DNA from: Candidatus Poribacteria bacterium
GTDB taxonomy: Bacteria; Poribacteria; WGA-4E; WGA-3G
NCBI GenBank assembly: GCA_022825665.1
Contig: JAJDWI010000010.1
Span: 2,912 to 66,911, forward strand
Length of the DNA stretch: 64,000 nucleotides
Direction of reading: 5' to 3'
Part shown: positions 1 through 8,579 of the stretch, piece after piece
Position numbering within the stretch: position 1 is the first letter of the stretch
Layout: each line of letters starts with the position of its first letter
Notes under the pieces: generated by a model
The model's input: only the letters and a program-made list of their open reading frames with translations
What the model was told of the DNA's origin: nothing
Databases searched by the model: none
Position numbers and translations under genes: made by a program

Positions 1-906
1 GGCGTTGCACATTATAATAGTAACGTGTTGCCACGTAGTAAGAAATTTACGCAATACGGAGACCAAATTGCGCAGTGTGTTGAGGCAGCACATAAACACA
101 AACTTCAGGTTCATGTGTGGAAGATTACGTGGAATTTGGAAGGTGCACCAAAAGAATTTGTAGATGAACTACGAAAGGCAGGACGTACACAGGTTTCATC
201 TACAGGAGAACCTATTGATTGGCTCTGTCCTTCACATCCAGAAAATGTTAAGTTAGAATTGAATAGTATCATGGAAATTGTGCAGAATTACGATGTTGAT
301 GGGATACATCTGGATTATATCCGTTATCCAGGAAGCCATGCTTGCTTTTGCAAAGGATGTCGTAAAAGATTTATGCTGGCGACACGACGTTATATTACAG
401 ACTTTCCCGCTTCTGTTTTACCTAAAACGGGAGAATACGGGGAATCCTACAATAAATGGCGAGTCCATCAGATAACACGTTTAGTTCGTTTAATCAGCAA
501 AAGGGTGCGTGAGATAAAACCTCATGTTAAGGTATCGACTGCTGTTTTCGGTGGCTATCCATCGTGTGTTACATCCATTGGTCAGGATTGGATTTCTTGG
601 GCAAAAGAAGGTTATATTGATTTTGTTTGCCCGATGAACTATACTGAGGATTCCAAATATTTTACGGATCTTTTGGAAAATCAACTTGCTCTAATGCCAA
701 AAGATGTTGCGATTTATCCGGGTATCGGTGCTACTGCTTCTAATTCCTTACTAACAGCGGATGCTGTCATTGGTCAGATACATCTCGCACGGTTCTTAGG
801 GGCTTCGGGTTGGACAATTTTCGACTACTCTGTGAACATCTCGGATACTATCTTACCTGCCATTCAGATGGGGGTTGGCAAACGAAAAGCAACACCTACG
901 CATTGA
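1..906 (+). CDS. Glycoside-hydrolase-like family 10 (GHL10/DUF187-type) protein, 5'-truncated by the window edge
   Basis: The frame is open from nt 1, with no stop upstream of the GTG at 25, and ends at TGA 904-906. Motifs DGIHLDYIRYP and IDFVCPMNY fit my recollection of the GHL10 TIM-barrel family. Confidence 0.55.
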   Translation, partial: GVAHYNSNVLPRSKKFTQYGDQIAQCVEAAHKHKLQVHVWKITWNLEGAPKEFVDELRKAGRTQVSSTGEPIDWLCPSHPENVKLELNSIMEIVQNYDVDGIHLDYIRYPGSHACFCKGCRKRFMLATRRYITDFPASVLPKTGEYGESYNKWRVHQITRLVRLISKRVREIKPHVKVSTAVFGGYPSCVTSIGQDWISWAKEGYIDFVCPMNYTEDSKYFTDLLENQLALMPKDVAIYPGIGATASNSLLTADAVIGQIHLARFLGASGWTIFDYSVNISDTILPAIQMGVGKRKATPTH

Positions 907-969
907 CATAGTCAATTACTAATCTAAACATGAGTTTGATAATTAAATCCAATTACGCCTGTAGGTTGA

Positions 970-1036
970 ATTGAGGGACGAAACCCAACAGATAATGCTC
1001 TATAATGAGGAAAGATGTTGGGTTTCGTCCCTCAAT
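970..1036. repeat. Perfect 21-bp inverted repeat hairpin with a 25-nt loop
   Basis: attgagggacgaaacccaaca (970-990) is the exact reverse complement of tgttgggtttcgtccctcaat (1016-1036). It lies downstream of the GHL10 gene. Confidence 0.85.
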
Positions 1037-1038
1037 CC

Positions 1039-1127
1039 ATAGGTGTCAACTCAGTGATTCTTGCTTGTCTGAATTGCTTGTTGTCTGAACCAGGATTTAC
1101 AAGATTTCAGGATTTCCAGGATGAGAG
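1039..1127. repeat. Dispersed intergenic repeat module ('ataggtgtcaa...ttgtctgaacc...ggatttcc')
   Basis: About 85 bp is closely similar to 48716-48805 in the same orientation. A shorter copy, ttgtctgaaccaggatttacagg, lies near 52889-52922. Confidence 0.8.
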
Positions 1128-1270
1128 TATTGACAATCACGTTCCTTGCCAAGTATCTACTGTTCTGTATCTACTATTAATGATTATGTTTCAATTATTA
1201 GAAGGTGCTTTTGATAAGAAGCATCCTGTAAATCCTGTAATCCTGGGGAATGCCAAAAGGCAGTGAGTAT

Positions 1271-1310
1271 GCGGGCGAGGAAACCTCGCCCCTACGGAAT
1301 GTAAGAGGTG
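1271..1310. repeat. GC-hairpin + CCTAC repeat module (gcgggcgaggaaacctcgcccctacggaatgtaagagg)
   Basis: The stem is cgagg/cctcg. Related copies lie at 48961-48995, 52750-52770 and 52871-52896, and the 'aatgtaagagg' tail recurs at 4178-4190 and 4268-4280. Confidence 0.8.
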
Positions 1311-1336
1311 CTTAACACATTTACGAAAAACCCAAC

Positions 1337-2863
1337 TCAAAATTCAAGCAGCAGCTGCGGTATTATAGCGGCACTTCGCGTGGATTTTTCAACGTTATTC
1401 ACTTGATAAACAACTCTTGCTAAAGCACCTTCTGCGAAATGCCATGACAATGCTCCGCCAAGTGTTGTCCAAACCTGTTCATCTTGTTCTCGGTTGAATG
1501 TCATCGTATTATATCTTGCTGTATTTGGATTCCAGACATCATATTTCAACCGAATATCTAAGGTTTCTGTTAACGGCAATTCAGCGTGTAAATAATATCC
1601 CTCCACCGTTGCCTTACGATCTTCCGCAGGTATGGGAATATTTAGGTATTTTAACAGTTGTGTATCCTGTCCACGAACCCATTCCGCTGCTAAGTCAAAC
1701 CTCCATAACTTAAAACTTGTTGCGAGACCGACGCGGCGTTTGTATAACAAAGTTGATGGGTTGACATCACCATTTATCGGATTAAATGGATAGCTATTGC
1801 CATCAAAATAGGATGTTCCAAGCCATATCCGTTTACCGAAAATCGGTAGTGTGCCATTTAAATGTAAGAACAGTGGAGGGCTGTTATTTCGTATCGGTTT
1901 CAAAACACCACCACCGCTTCCGTGTGGACCGATTCGGATACCTGTTGTTATTGTCCCATCAGTCACAGTGCGTAAGGAATCCGGTCCATCGGCAAGTGAT
2001 AATGTATAAGAGACGGGTCCAACGAATCCGTTGAGTTGTAACCCGCGATCAGAAATAAAACCGATATTTTTCCGCACCAGATTGTATAAAGGATTAGCCG
2101 CAGCATCTGATTTAGTGTCAATGCCGAAACCGTGTCGAAACCGTCCAACTTTCAGCGATGCTCCTTTTGGTAAAACGGGAAGTCCTGTCAAAATAGCGTA
2201 GATAAAACCGTGGTCGTCCGCAACCTGTGTTCCTAAATGCGAGGTTGTCAACAACTGTTCTCCCAATATACTGACATGATCACCAACATTCGTTGTTACG
2301 ACAAACTCTGCAACATGGATGAGTGTTGTGCCGGTATCCCAATTAGTGGCATCGGGTACTAAGTCTTGTCCGCGCGTAATTCGACGAATATCTAATGCAC
2401 CACCAAATACTAAGTTTCCAAACGCACCGCCAAGAAAGTCTGAACCACCAGTATCTCCTGATGCTTCTACGTCATTAAAACTAAAAACATCCTCATCACC
2501 ACTCTCAAAGGCATCTTCCGATTCAGAAAGTTCGTCTGGAGACTCAGTATTATCAGGGGTGCTGGCAGCGTCTCCAGGATAGGAACGAGCGATAATTTCA
2601 GCGATGTTGCTGAACCCGTCTTTATCTGAATCCACCTCTGCGATACGGACGAAGGTTGACAGGTTCATCCCGTTGTGTAAGAAGGCTCTGCCATAGGGGT
2701 TCGGAGAGTCACCACCCTTTTTGGAGAAATGGCATACATTACAACCTCCTGCCCACTCATATTTTGAGCGGAACATCTTGTAGAACGCTGGCAGAGCAAA
2801 GGACTGTTCAGCAATTAGAATAAAAAAGAAAGCAATTGAAAAAGAGACAATGAATTTTCGCAT
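1337..2863 (-). CDS. Secreted protein: N-terminal single haem-c motif module fused to a putative outer-membrane beta-barrel (porin-like)
   Basis: It has a signal peptide, then CNVCH at aa 41-45 (nt 2729-2743), a DSDKDGFSN Ca-binding-type motif and an acidic linker. The C-terminal ~370 aa has alternating beta-strand character and ends ...LLLEF, a terminal Phe typical of OM barrels. Confidence 0.5.
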   Translation of the reverse strand: MRKFIVSFSIAFFFILIAEQSFALPAFYKMFRSKYEWAGGCNVCHFSKKGGDSPNPYGRAFLHNGMNLSTFVRIAEVDSDKDGFSNIAEIIARSYPGDAASTPDNTESPDELSESEDAFESGDEDVFSFNDVEASGDTGGSDFLGGAFGNLVFGGALDIRRITRGQDLVPDATNWDTGTTLIHVAEFVVTTNVGDHVSILGEQLLTTSHLGTQVADDHGFIYAILTGLPVLPKGASLKVGRFRHGFGIDTKSDAAANPLYNLVRKNIGFISDRGLQLNGFVGPVSYTLSLADGPDSLRTVTDGTITTGIRIGPHGSGGGVLKPIRNNSPPLFLHLNGTLPIFGKRIWLGTSYFDGNSYPFNPINGDVNPSTLLYKRRVGLATSFKLWRFDLAAEWVRGQDTQLLKYLNIPIPAEDRKATVEGYYLHAELPLTETLDIRLKYDVWNPNTARYNTMTFNREQDEQVWTTLGGALSWHFAEGALARVVYQVNNVEKSTRSAAIIPQLLLEF

Positions 2864-2924
2864 GGTAAATTCCTTATATAAAATACTTTTCGGATGTTAC
2901 TATCAACACTAACTGTTCAAGCAT

Positions 2925-3902
2925 TTAATACGATTCAAGGTCAATTTCTTCTTCGCTAAAACGGATGTGTGCCTGTTTTATTAGGGCATCAATCGCTTCC
3001 CACTGCTTACGCGTGTCGTCAGTTATACCGTTTTTATCAATTGCTTCAGCAAATTCTTTGAGCATTTTGCTAAACTTATCCTGCATCTCAACATATTCTT
3101 CTTTCTGATCAGCATTCTTCGGTGGCTCAAATTGAGAGATTGCTTTAGTATAGGTCGCGAGTTTTTTGGCAGCTTCAACTGCTTCCGCTTTGCCTTCCTC
3201 TGTGTCAAAATAGTCATAGATGACAAAATATTCATCCACCATTAAGATCATGAGTTCCTTAAGGTCTTCAACTTCAGGTAACTCTTCTGGTTCTTCAGGT
3301 TGTGGTTTCTTTTCCACATCTGTCTTTGGTTTGCGTTTAAGGAAAAGGGCATAACTCATGACCAATGTTTTTTTGGGAAGCAACGCGACTGCTTTTGAGG
3401 CTTCTTCCTGTCCCTTAACAGCCTCAATATCATCACCTACCTTAAAAGCATCGTCTATGCCTTTATCTATGAACTGTTTTAGGAACTTCTCTGATGTAAT
3501 CGCATCCGATTCTTTATGTTCATAGACAGCAACTTTTACCACTTTTCCCTTCATATTGAGACCAACAGCACCATCAATAGTCCCGCGCGGTCCCTTCACA
3601 TCAACAAATAATATTAAACCCATAGGTTTCTTTAGTTCACTAATTGCGATATAGAAGATCGGTTTATGGTCTTCTTGTCGTAATTTTGATCCGAGTTCTT
3701 TCTCAATTGATGCGATTTTCTCTTTTGTAAGCACAACATTTCGTTGAACAAATTTCTTTGCTTTTGGGAATATAGCCGCAAGTTTCTCACCGGGCCATTC
3801 TGTTTCGTGAGCATTACTAAAGAGCGGTGAAATTACCATTAAGAAAACTAACGCAAACATAATGCTTGAACTTTTGGAACGGTAGTGTTGGAATAACATC
3901 AT
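2925..3902 (-). CDS. Secreted protein with an FMN_bind-like domain and a C-terminal helical domain
   Basis: It has a signal peptide. The segment GLILFVDVKGPRGTIDGAVGLNMKGKVVKVAVYEHKES resembles RnfG/NosR-type FMN-binding domains, but the SGAT flavinylation motif is not evident. An acidic linker and a helical C-terminus follow. Confidence 0.4.
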   Translation of the reverse strand: MMLFQHYRSKSSSIMFALVFLMVISPLFSNAHETEWPGEKLAAIFPKAKKFVQRNVVLTKEKIASIEKELGSKLRQEDHKPIFYIAISELKKPMGLILFVDVKGPRGTIDGAVGLNMKGKVVKVAVYEHKESDAITSEKFLKQFIDKGIDDAFKVGDDIEAVKGQEEASKAVALLPKKTLVMSYALFLKRKPKTDVEKKPQPEEPEELPEVEDLKELMILMVDEYFVIYDYFDTEEGKAEAVEAAKKLATYTKAISQFEPPKNADQKEEYVEMQDKFSKMLKEFAEAIDKNGITDDTRKQWEAIDALIKQAHIRFSEEEIDLESY

Positions 3903-3952
3903 TAATCTCCTTCTAATGTAGTTGTCTGCTGCCGCTGTTTTTTATTACAGTC

Positions 3953-4368
3953 TATCTCATAAATCGTTAAACTGATCTCTTGCAGAAAATCACATTTTCA
4001 TCGTAGGGTGAAGTTGCCTCACTCCATAAGCGTGAATTTTGCGAGGAACGTTAGTGCATCTGATACACCTTTCGCCCCTCTGGGGCTAAGGTTATAATGT
4101 ATCACGTGTTCTATACACCTTTCGCCTCTCCGAGGCTTTAGTGTGCATGTCGTAGGTCGCTATGCACCGACCTACGATAATGTAAGAGGCGCAATGAATT
4201 GCGCGACTACAAACGCATCTTCTCCTTAAACTGACGCTTATACGAACGGGGAGACCCGTCCCTACGATAATGTAAGAGGCGCAATGAATTGAGCGACTAC
4301 AAACGCATCTTCTCCTTAAATTGACGCTTATACGGGGAAACCCGTCCCTACAAGTGATTTATGAGATA
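3953..4368. repeat. TIR-bounded mosaic repeat block (MITE-like)
   Basis: tatctcataaatc (3953-3965) is the exact reverse complement of gatttatgagata (4356-4368). The interior is built from hairpin modules shared with 52698-52836 and 48900-49030. Confidence 0.75.
4171..4334. repeat. Tandem duplication of a 74-bp unit at a 90-bp period
   Basis: cctacgataatgtaagaggcgcaatgaattg.gcgactacaaacgcatcttctccttaaa.tgacgcttatacg occurs at 4171-4244 and 4261-4334 with 2 mismatches. A related unit lies at 48985-49030. Confidence 0.9.
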
Positions 4369-4394
4369 CGATCCAGCAACAGCAGAACAGTATT

Positions 4395-5405
4395 TTAGTC
4401 TACAACTTCGACCATGAAAGTAGGAAACAGAATTTGATCAGCATGCTTGAGCTGTCCGAAAATCTGATATTTTCCTGCCTTTGAAAAAGTGGTCATGAGC
4501 ATCACCTTAGGTCCAAATTTCTCTGGAGTAATACCTTGATGTTGATGCCCTGTTGATTCTTTCTTTTTCATTTTATGTTCAGCATGCGGATCTTTCTCTG
4601 CCATTTTTTCCATTTTCCCACTCATAGGAACTGTACCATGCGTATGTAGTATACCATCTAAACGGGTACTTACGATAGCAAAATGCATCGGTGCATCTAA
4701 AAATGGAACAAGATCGGTGATCGGTTTTCCATCACGTGAAAAATGATAGGTAATATGAACCATCTCACCCACCTTAATCTGTTCAGGCACTTCTATTTTC
4801 ACCTGATATTCGGAAGTGCCATTTTCATCGGTAACGGAAATCGCTTTTGTGAACCGATCTCCACCTTCTTCCTTATAACCGAAAACTGTTTTTTCCGTAC
4901 GAAGGTCTTCAGATATATCCGCCATCTTCTTCTCACCCGCGACATCTACATACAAGTATTTTGCGAATTCGTTATCTGCGGTCATCACATCAAGTGCTAA
5001 TATGTATCTGCCGGCAAAGGGAAATGTGAAGTGCACTGTATAAGTTCCTTCAAGTTCCGCCATCATATCACGCGACTCAAAATCTTCTGGGTGGACATGT
5101 CCAACAGTCTGTAAATTCTCACTGACGATTAGCACGTGGAGAATCCGATCATGATGTATCATCAAATCGGTAAACGGTTCACCCATTGCATCGGTGAGTT
5201 TGAACATGAGAGTTGCAGGTTTCCCAACCTCAATTTTCTGCGGTTCAGTGTGAAGTGCAACATTTAAGGTGCTGGTTTCTTGTTTCTTATGTGTGTCATG
5301 CTTTGCATGTTGTTCAGCATAACTGAAGTTTACAAATAACAACATGGTCAAGACGATTGCTATGGCATTACGAAAAATGTAAAACGTGAAATTCCGGGCT
5401 TGCAT
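4395..5405 (-). CDS. Secreted His/Met-rich protein with two tandem Ig-like repeats (possible metal binding)
   Basis: It has a signal/TM segment and an internal duplication: IEVGKPATLMFKLTDAMGEPFTDL...LHVLIVSENLQTVGHVHP versus IKVGEMVHITYHFSRDGKPITDL...MHFAIVSTRLDGILHTHG. A Met/His/Lys-rich loop (MSGKMEKMAEKDPHAEHKMKKK) is also present. Confidence 0.4.
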   Translation of the reverse strand: MQARNFTFYIFRNAIAIVLTMLLFVNFSYAEQHAKHDTHKKQETSTLNVALHTEPQKIEVGKPATLMFKLTDAMGEPFTDLMIHHDRILHVLIVSENLQTVGHVHPEDFESRDMMAELEGTYTVHFTFPFAGRYILALDVMTADNEFAKYLYVDVAGEKKMADISEDLRTEKTVFGYKEEGGDRFTKAISVTDENGTSEYQVKIEVPEQIKVGEMVHITYHFSRDGKPITDLVPFLDAPMHFAIVSTRLDGILHTHGTVPMSGKMEKMAEKDPHAEHKMKKKESTGHQHQGITPEKFGPKVMLMTTFSKAGKYQIFGQLKHADQILFPTFMVEVVD

Positions 5406-5521
5406 TATTATTCCTCCAAGTATAATCCTTAGTAAAATAGGTATAATTAATAGTCAATTTCCATTGCAAGTGTAAGTAGATGGACAGAATAGTCGTTAAA
5501 TCTTCTGATTGAATGTACTCT

Positions 5522-5947
5522 TTAAGAACGGGTATTAGGAGGACCGCGGCGGGAAAGGTTGCGGTTGAGTGATGAGATAACTAATTTTGGTGGAAGAGTG
5601 AAATGAAGTAATTGTTCCTGAGCAACTGGCTGAGTTAAAAATAATGGAACGTTAGGGACAAGGTGATGTTCCACAGGTTCACGAACAGAGTCGGCATTGT
5701 ATGTATCATTAGGAAGAACAATTTCTAAACCTAATACACAGCACGATGTGTCTGTCTCTGACGGCGTTTCAGACTCCTCTGTTGCATCAGTCTTCGCTTT
5801 TTGGCAACAAGACGAAATAGATTCAGCAGCCGACATACTTCTGTTGCACATTTTGTGTTCATAAGCCGCACAGAAAAGCGGACATACGAAAGTAACACAA
5901 ACCAGTGCAACAAGTAATATCTGATATTGCCAATATTTATGTGTCAT
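5522..5947 (-). CDS. Small Cys-rich membrane-anchored protein, function unknown
   Basis: It has an N-terminal TM helix with several Cys, and CC pairs at SSCCQK and TSCCV. It is the first gene of the minus-strand cluster and is divergent from msrP. Confidence 0.4.
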   Translation of the reverse strand: MTHKYWQYQILLVALVCVTFVCPLFCAAYEHKMCNRSMSAAESISSCCQKAKTDATEESETPSETDTSCCVLGLEIVLPNDTYNADSVREPVEHHLVPNVPLFLTQPVAQEQLLHFTLPPKLVISSLNRNLSRRGPPNTRS

Positions 5948-6179
5948 TGCTCAAAACTCCACTGCTTCTTAATGATAGGGAACAAATTTATTCTTTTAGG
6001 GTATTATACACCACAATCTGAAATAGTTGCAAGAAAATAAGTAACATCAAAACACAGTCCTAAATAAGGATTGCACATGAAACAGGTAACCTGTATAATG
6101 TGTATCATACAATTAACCCAAATATAATATAGTTTCACAGTGTGAACATATAAGAGAATAAAAGTCAAAGGAGAATCCG

Positions 6180-7139
6180 ATGGCAAACATAAAGATTCCA
6201 AAAGGATGGGAGATCCCAGAAAACCGTATTACTCCTGAATCAGTTTATATTAATCGTAGAAAGTTCATCAAAGACCTCGGCATAGTAGGAGCGGGGGCTT
6301 TATCACTGTTCGGTTCGAGTGCATGTGCACAGAATAAAGGTGTAGCAAAACAACTTGAAGCTTATCAAAAAGAAAAACTCTCAGCAGTAAAGAATGAAAA
6401 TTTCACTGTCACAAGACCACAAACTAAGGAAATCGTCGCTGCAACCTACAACAACTTCTATGAGTTCACATCCTCGAAAAGTACCGTCTGGAAACGCGTT
6501 GAAAGGTTCAAAACGCGTCCGTGGGAAGTTGAAATTACCGGTCATGTTGAAAATCCGATGACCATAGATGTGGATGACTTAATTAAACAGATGCCACTTG
6601 AAGAGCGTATCTATCGTTTTCGCTGTGTGGAAACTTGGGCAATGGTAGTACCGTGGATCGGTTTCCCGATGAAAGCACTCCTTGAAAAAGTGCAACCGAA
6701 ATCTTCTGCAAAATACGTTCGGATGGAGACGTTTTTTGACCCTGATGTGGCATCACATCAAAACGATGCGCGTCTGCCGTGGCCCTATGTTGAAGGCTTA
6801 ACGCTCGCGGAAGCCATGAATGAACTTACACTTATGGTTGTTGGTATCTACGGACATATTCTACCACCACAACACGGCGCACCTCTGCGATTGATTGCTC
6901 CTTGGAAATATGGGTTTAAAAGCATCAAATCAATTACCAGTATAGAACTGACTGACAAAAAACCACGTAACTTTTGGAATGTTATTCTTCCGAGGGAATA
7001 CGGTTTTGAAGCAAACGTGAATCCAAAAGTTCCACATCCCCGTTGGTCACAAGCTTCTGAATGGATGATTGGCTCAATGGACCGATATCCGACAAAGATA
7101 TACAACGGTTACGGTGAATATGTAGCGCACCTTTACTAA
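6180..7139 (+). CDS. msrP: Protein-methionine-sulfoxide reductase catalytic subunit MsrP (YedY, molybdopterin)
   Basis: It has a Tat-type signal (RRKFIKDLG). NNFYEF, EERIYRFRCVETWAMVVPWIGFP, QHGAPLRLIAPWKYGFKSIKSI and HPRWSQA track E. coli MsrP along its whole length. Confidence 0.9.
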   Translation: MANIKIPKGWEIPENRITPESVYINRRKFIKDLGIVGAGALSLFGSSACAQNKGVAKQLEAYQKEKLSAVKNENFTVTRPQTKEIVAATYNNFYEFTSSKSTVWKRVERFKTRPWEVEITGHVENPMTIDVDDLIKQMPLEERIYRFRCVETWAMVVPWIGFPMKALLEKVQPKSSAKYVRMETFFDPDVASHQNDARLPWPYVEGLTLAEAMNELTLMVVGIYGHILPPQHGAPLRLIAPWKYGFKSIKSITSIELTDKKPRNFWNVILPREYGFEANVNPKVPHPRWSQASEWMIGSMDRYPTKIYNGYGEYVAHLY

Positions 7140-7175
7140 GGACAACGCTAATTTACGAATTCTGACATTCTCAAA

Positions 7176-7240
7176 GGTAGGAGAGAACTCCGATTCCCGA
7201 CTACAAACAGGTCGCGATTCGGAGATCGCTCCTACAGAAA
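7176..7240. repeat. Pair of inverted hairpin + CTAC modules directly upstream of serpin 1
   Basis: gtaggagagaactccgattcccgactac is followed by gtcgcgattcggagatcgctcctacag, and the two are diverged reverse complements. The second matches 55219-55244 and 52929-52953. Confidence 0.75.
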
Positions 7241-7272
7241 TAGCAAATTACAAACAAAGATGGAGGAAGCAG

Positions 7273-8535
7273 GTGAATAACAAACACATAGTCGGAAAAT
7301 CCGTGCCAAGTTTGATGATTCTCGTATTTCTGTTATTTGCCGGATGTTTTGATTCTGTTGTGGATACACTTAACCAAGCGAAGGAGGATGCTGAAGTTGC
7401 CTCCATAGATTCCAACGTTCCATCTGGAAATACCGAATTCGGTTTTAACCTATTCAATACAATCTGGGAATCTGAACAGAACCAGAATATCTTTATTTCT
7501 CCGTTCAGTGTTTCCACAGCCCTTGCAATGACCTTAAACGGTGCAGCTGGTGAAACAGAAGAAGCAATGATTGATACGTTACAACTACAAGGTATTACCA
7601 CCAATTCAATCAATTCCAGTTACTATCAATTACTCCAGACACTTCAGACATCAGACCCGAAAGTTACACTCACAATAGCAAACTCGCTTTGGGCGCGCGA
7701 AGGGGTGCCGTTCAAGCAGGATTTCCAACAGCGAAATAGCCAATATTTCAATGCGGAAATCACAAGCTTGGATTTTGCAGATCCAAATTCCCTAACAACA
7801 ATTAATCAGTGGGTAAACACCAACACAAACGGCAAGATCAAAAAAATACTTGATGAGATTGAGTCGAATGCAGTGTTATTTCTCATAAATGCAATCTATT
7901 TCAAAGGTGAATGGAAAACAGAATTTGACCCGTCAGCAACGAGTGATAGAGATTTCCATCTTGTAACTGGTAGCACAAAGCAAGTGCCAATGATGGCGAG
8001 GAAAGGTAATTACGCATACTACGAAAATCACCACGATAATTTCCAAGCGATTAGCCTTCCTTATGGAGAAGGACAGATGGGTATGTACATCTTCCTCCCG
8101 TCCAACAAATCCAACCTAAATACCTTTTTAGATTCATTGAACGCAGAAAATTGGGAAAATTGGATTTCACAGCTGCGGGAACAGGAAGTGATGGTCTATA
8201 TTCCAAAGTTCAAAATGGAATACGGAACAAAGGAACTCAACGACGCGTTGACAAGTCTCAGTATGGGTATCGCTTTTGATGATGATAACGCTGATTTCAG
8301 CCGTATGGCATCTTTAGACGATATCGGTGGCAATCTATATATAGAAAAAGTAGCACATAAAACCTTCATAGAAGTCAACGAGGAGGGTTCAGAGGCTGCT
8401 GCTGCAACCAGTGTTGGGATAGGGATTAGATCAATCCTACGTACAGTATTTAATGCGGATCGACCATTTTTCTTTGCTATCCGTGATAACGAAACAAAAA
8501 CGATTCTGTTTATGGGAACTGTTGTGGACCCATAG
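7273..8535 (+). CDS. Serpin (lipoprotein-type signal), predicted P1 = Arg
   Basis: GTG start lies 5 nt after GGAGGA. A lipobox-like LFAGC is present. Serpin hallmarks are FISPFSVSTALAMTLNGA, the hinge EEGSEAAAAT and DRPFFFAIRD. Counting 17 residues from the hinge Glu puts P1 at Arg386 (nt 8428-8430). Confidence 0.9.
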   Translation: MNNKHIVGKSVPSLMILVFLLFAGCFDSVVDTLNQAKEDAEVASIDSNVPSGNTEFGFNLFNTIWESEQNQNIFISPFSVSTALAMTLNGAAGETEEAMIDTLQLQGITTNSINSSYYQLLQTLQTSDPKVTLTIANSLWAREGVPFKQDFQQRNSQYFNAEITSLDFADPNSLTTINQWVNTNTNGKIKKILDEIESNAVLFLINAIYFKGEWKTEFDPSATSDRDFHLVTGSTKQVPMMARKGNYAYYENHHDNFQAISLPYGEGQMGMYIFLPSNKSNLNTFLDSLNAENWENWISQLREQEVMVYIPKFKMEYGTKELNDALTSLSMGIAFDDDNADFSRMASLDDIGGNLYIEKVAHKTFIEVNEEGSEAAAATSVGIGIRSILRTVFNADRPFFFAIRDNETKTILFMGTVVDP

Positions 8536-8579
8536 GATGTACGAAGTAGAAGTATACATTAAAAAGGAGACCTACTCTG

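Noticed and set aside
1015-1266. An 83-aa plus-strand ORF lies between the GHL10 gene and the haem-porin gene.
   Set aside because: It lies entirely within dispersed repeat modules, starts inside a 21-bp hairpin arm and has no RBS. It is most likely non-coding.
4171-4334. This is a possible CRISPR-like array, because a ~74-bp unit is repeated with a short spacer.
   Set aside because: There are only two copies. The 16-bp 'spacer' is itself a hairpin module found elsewhere, the units are far longer than CRISPR repeats, and no cas genes are present.
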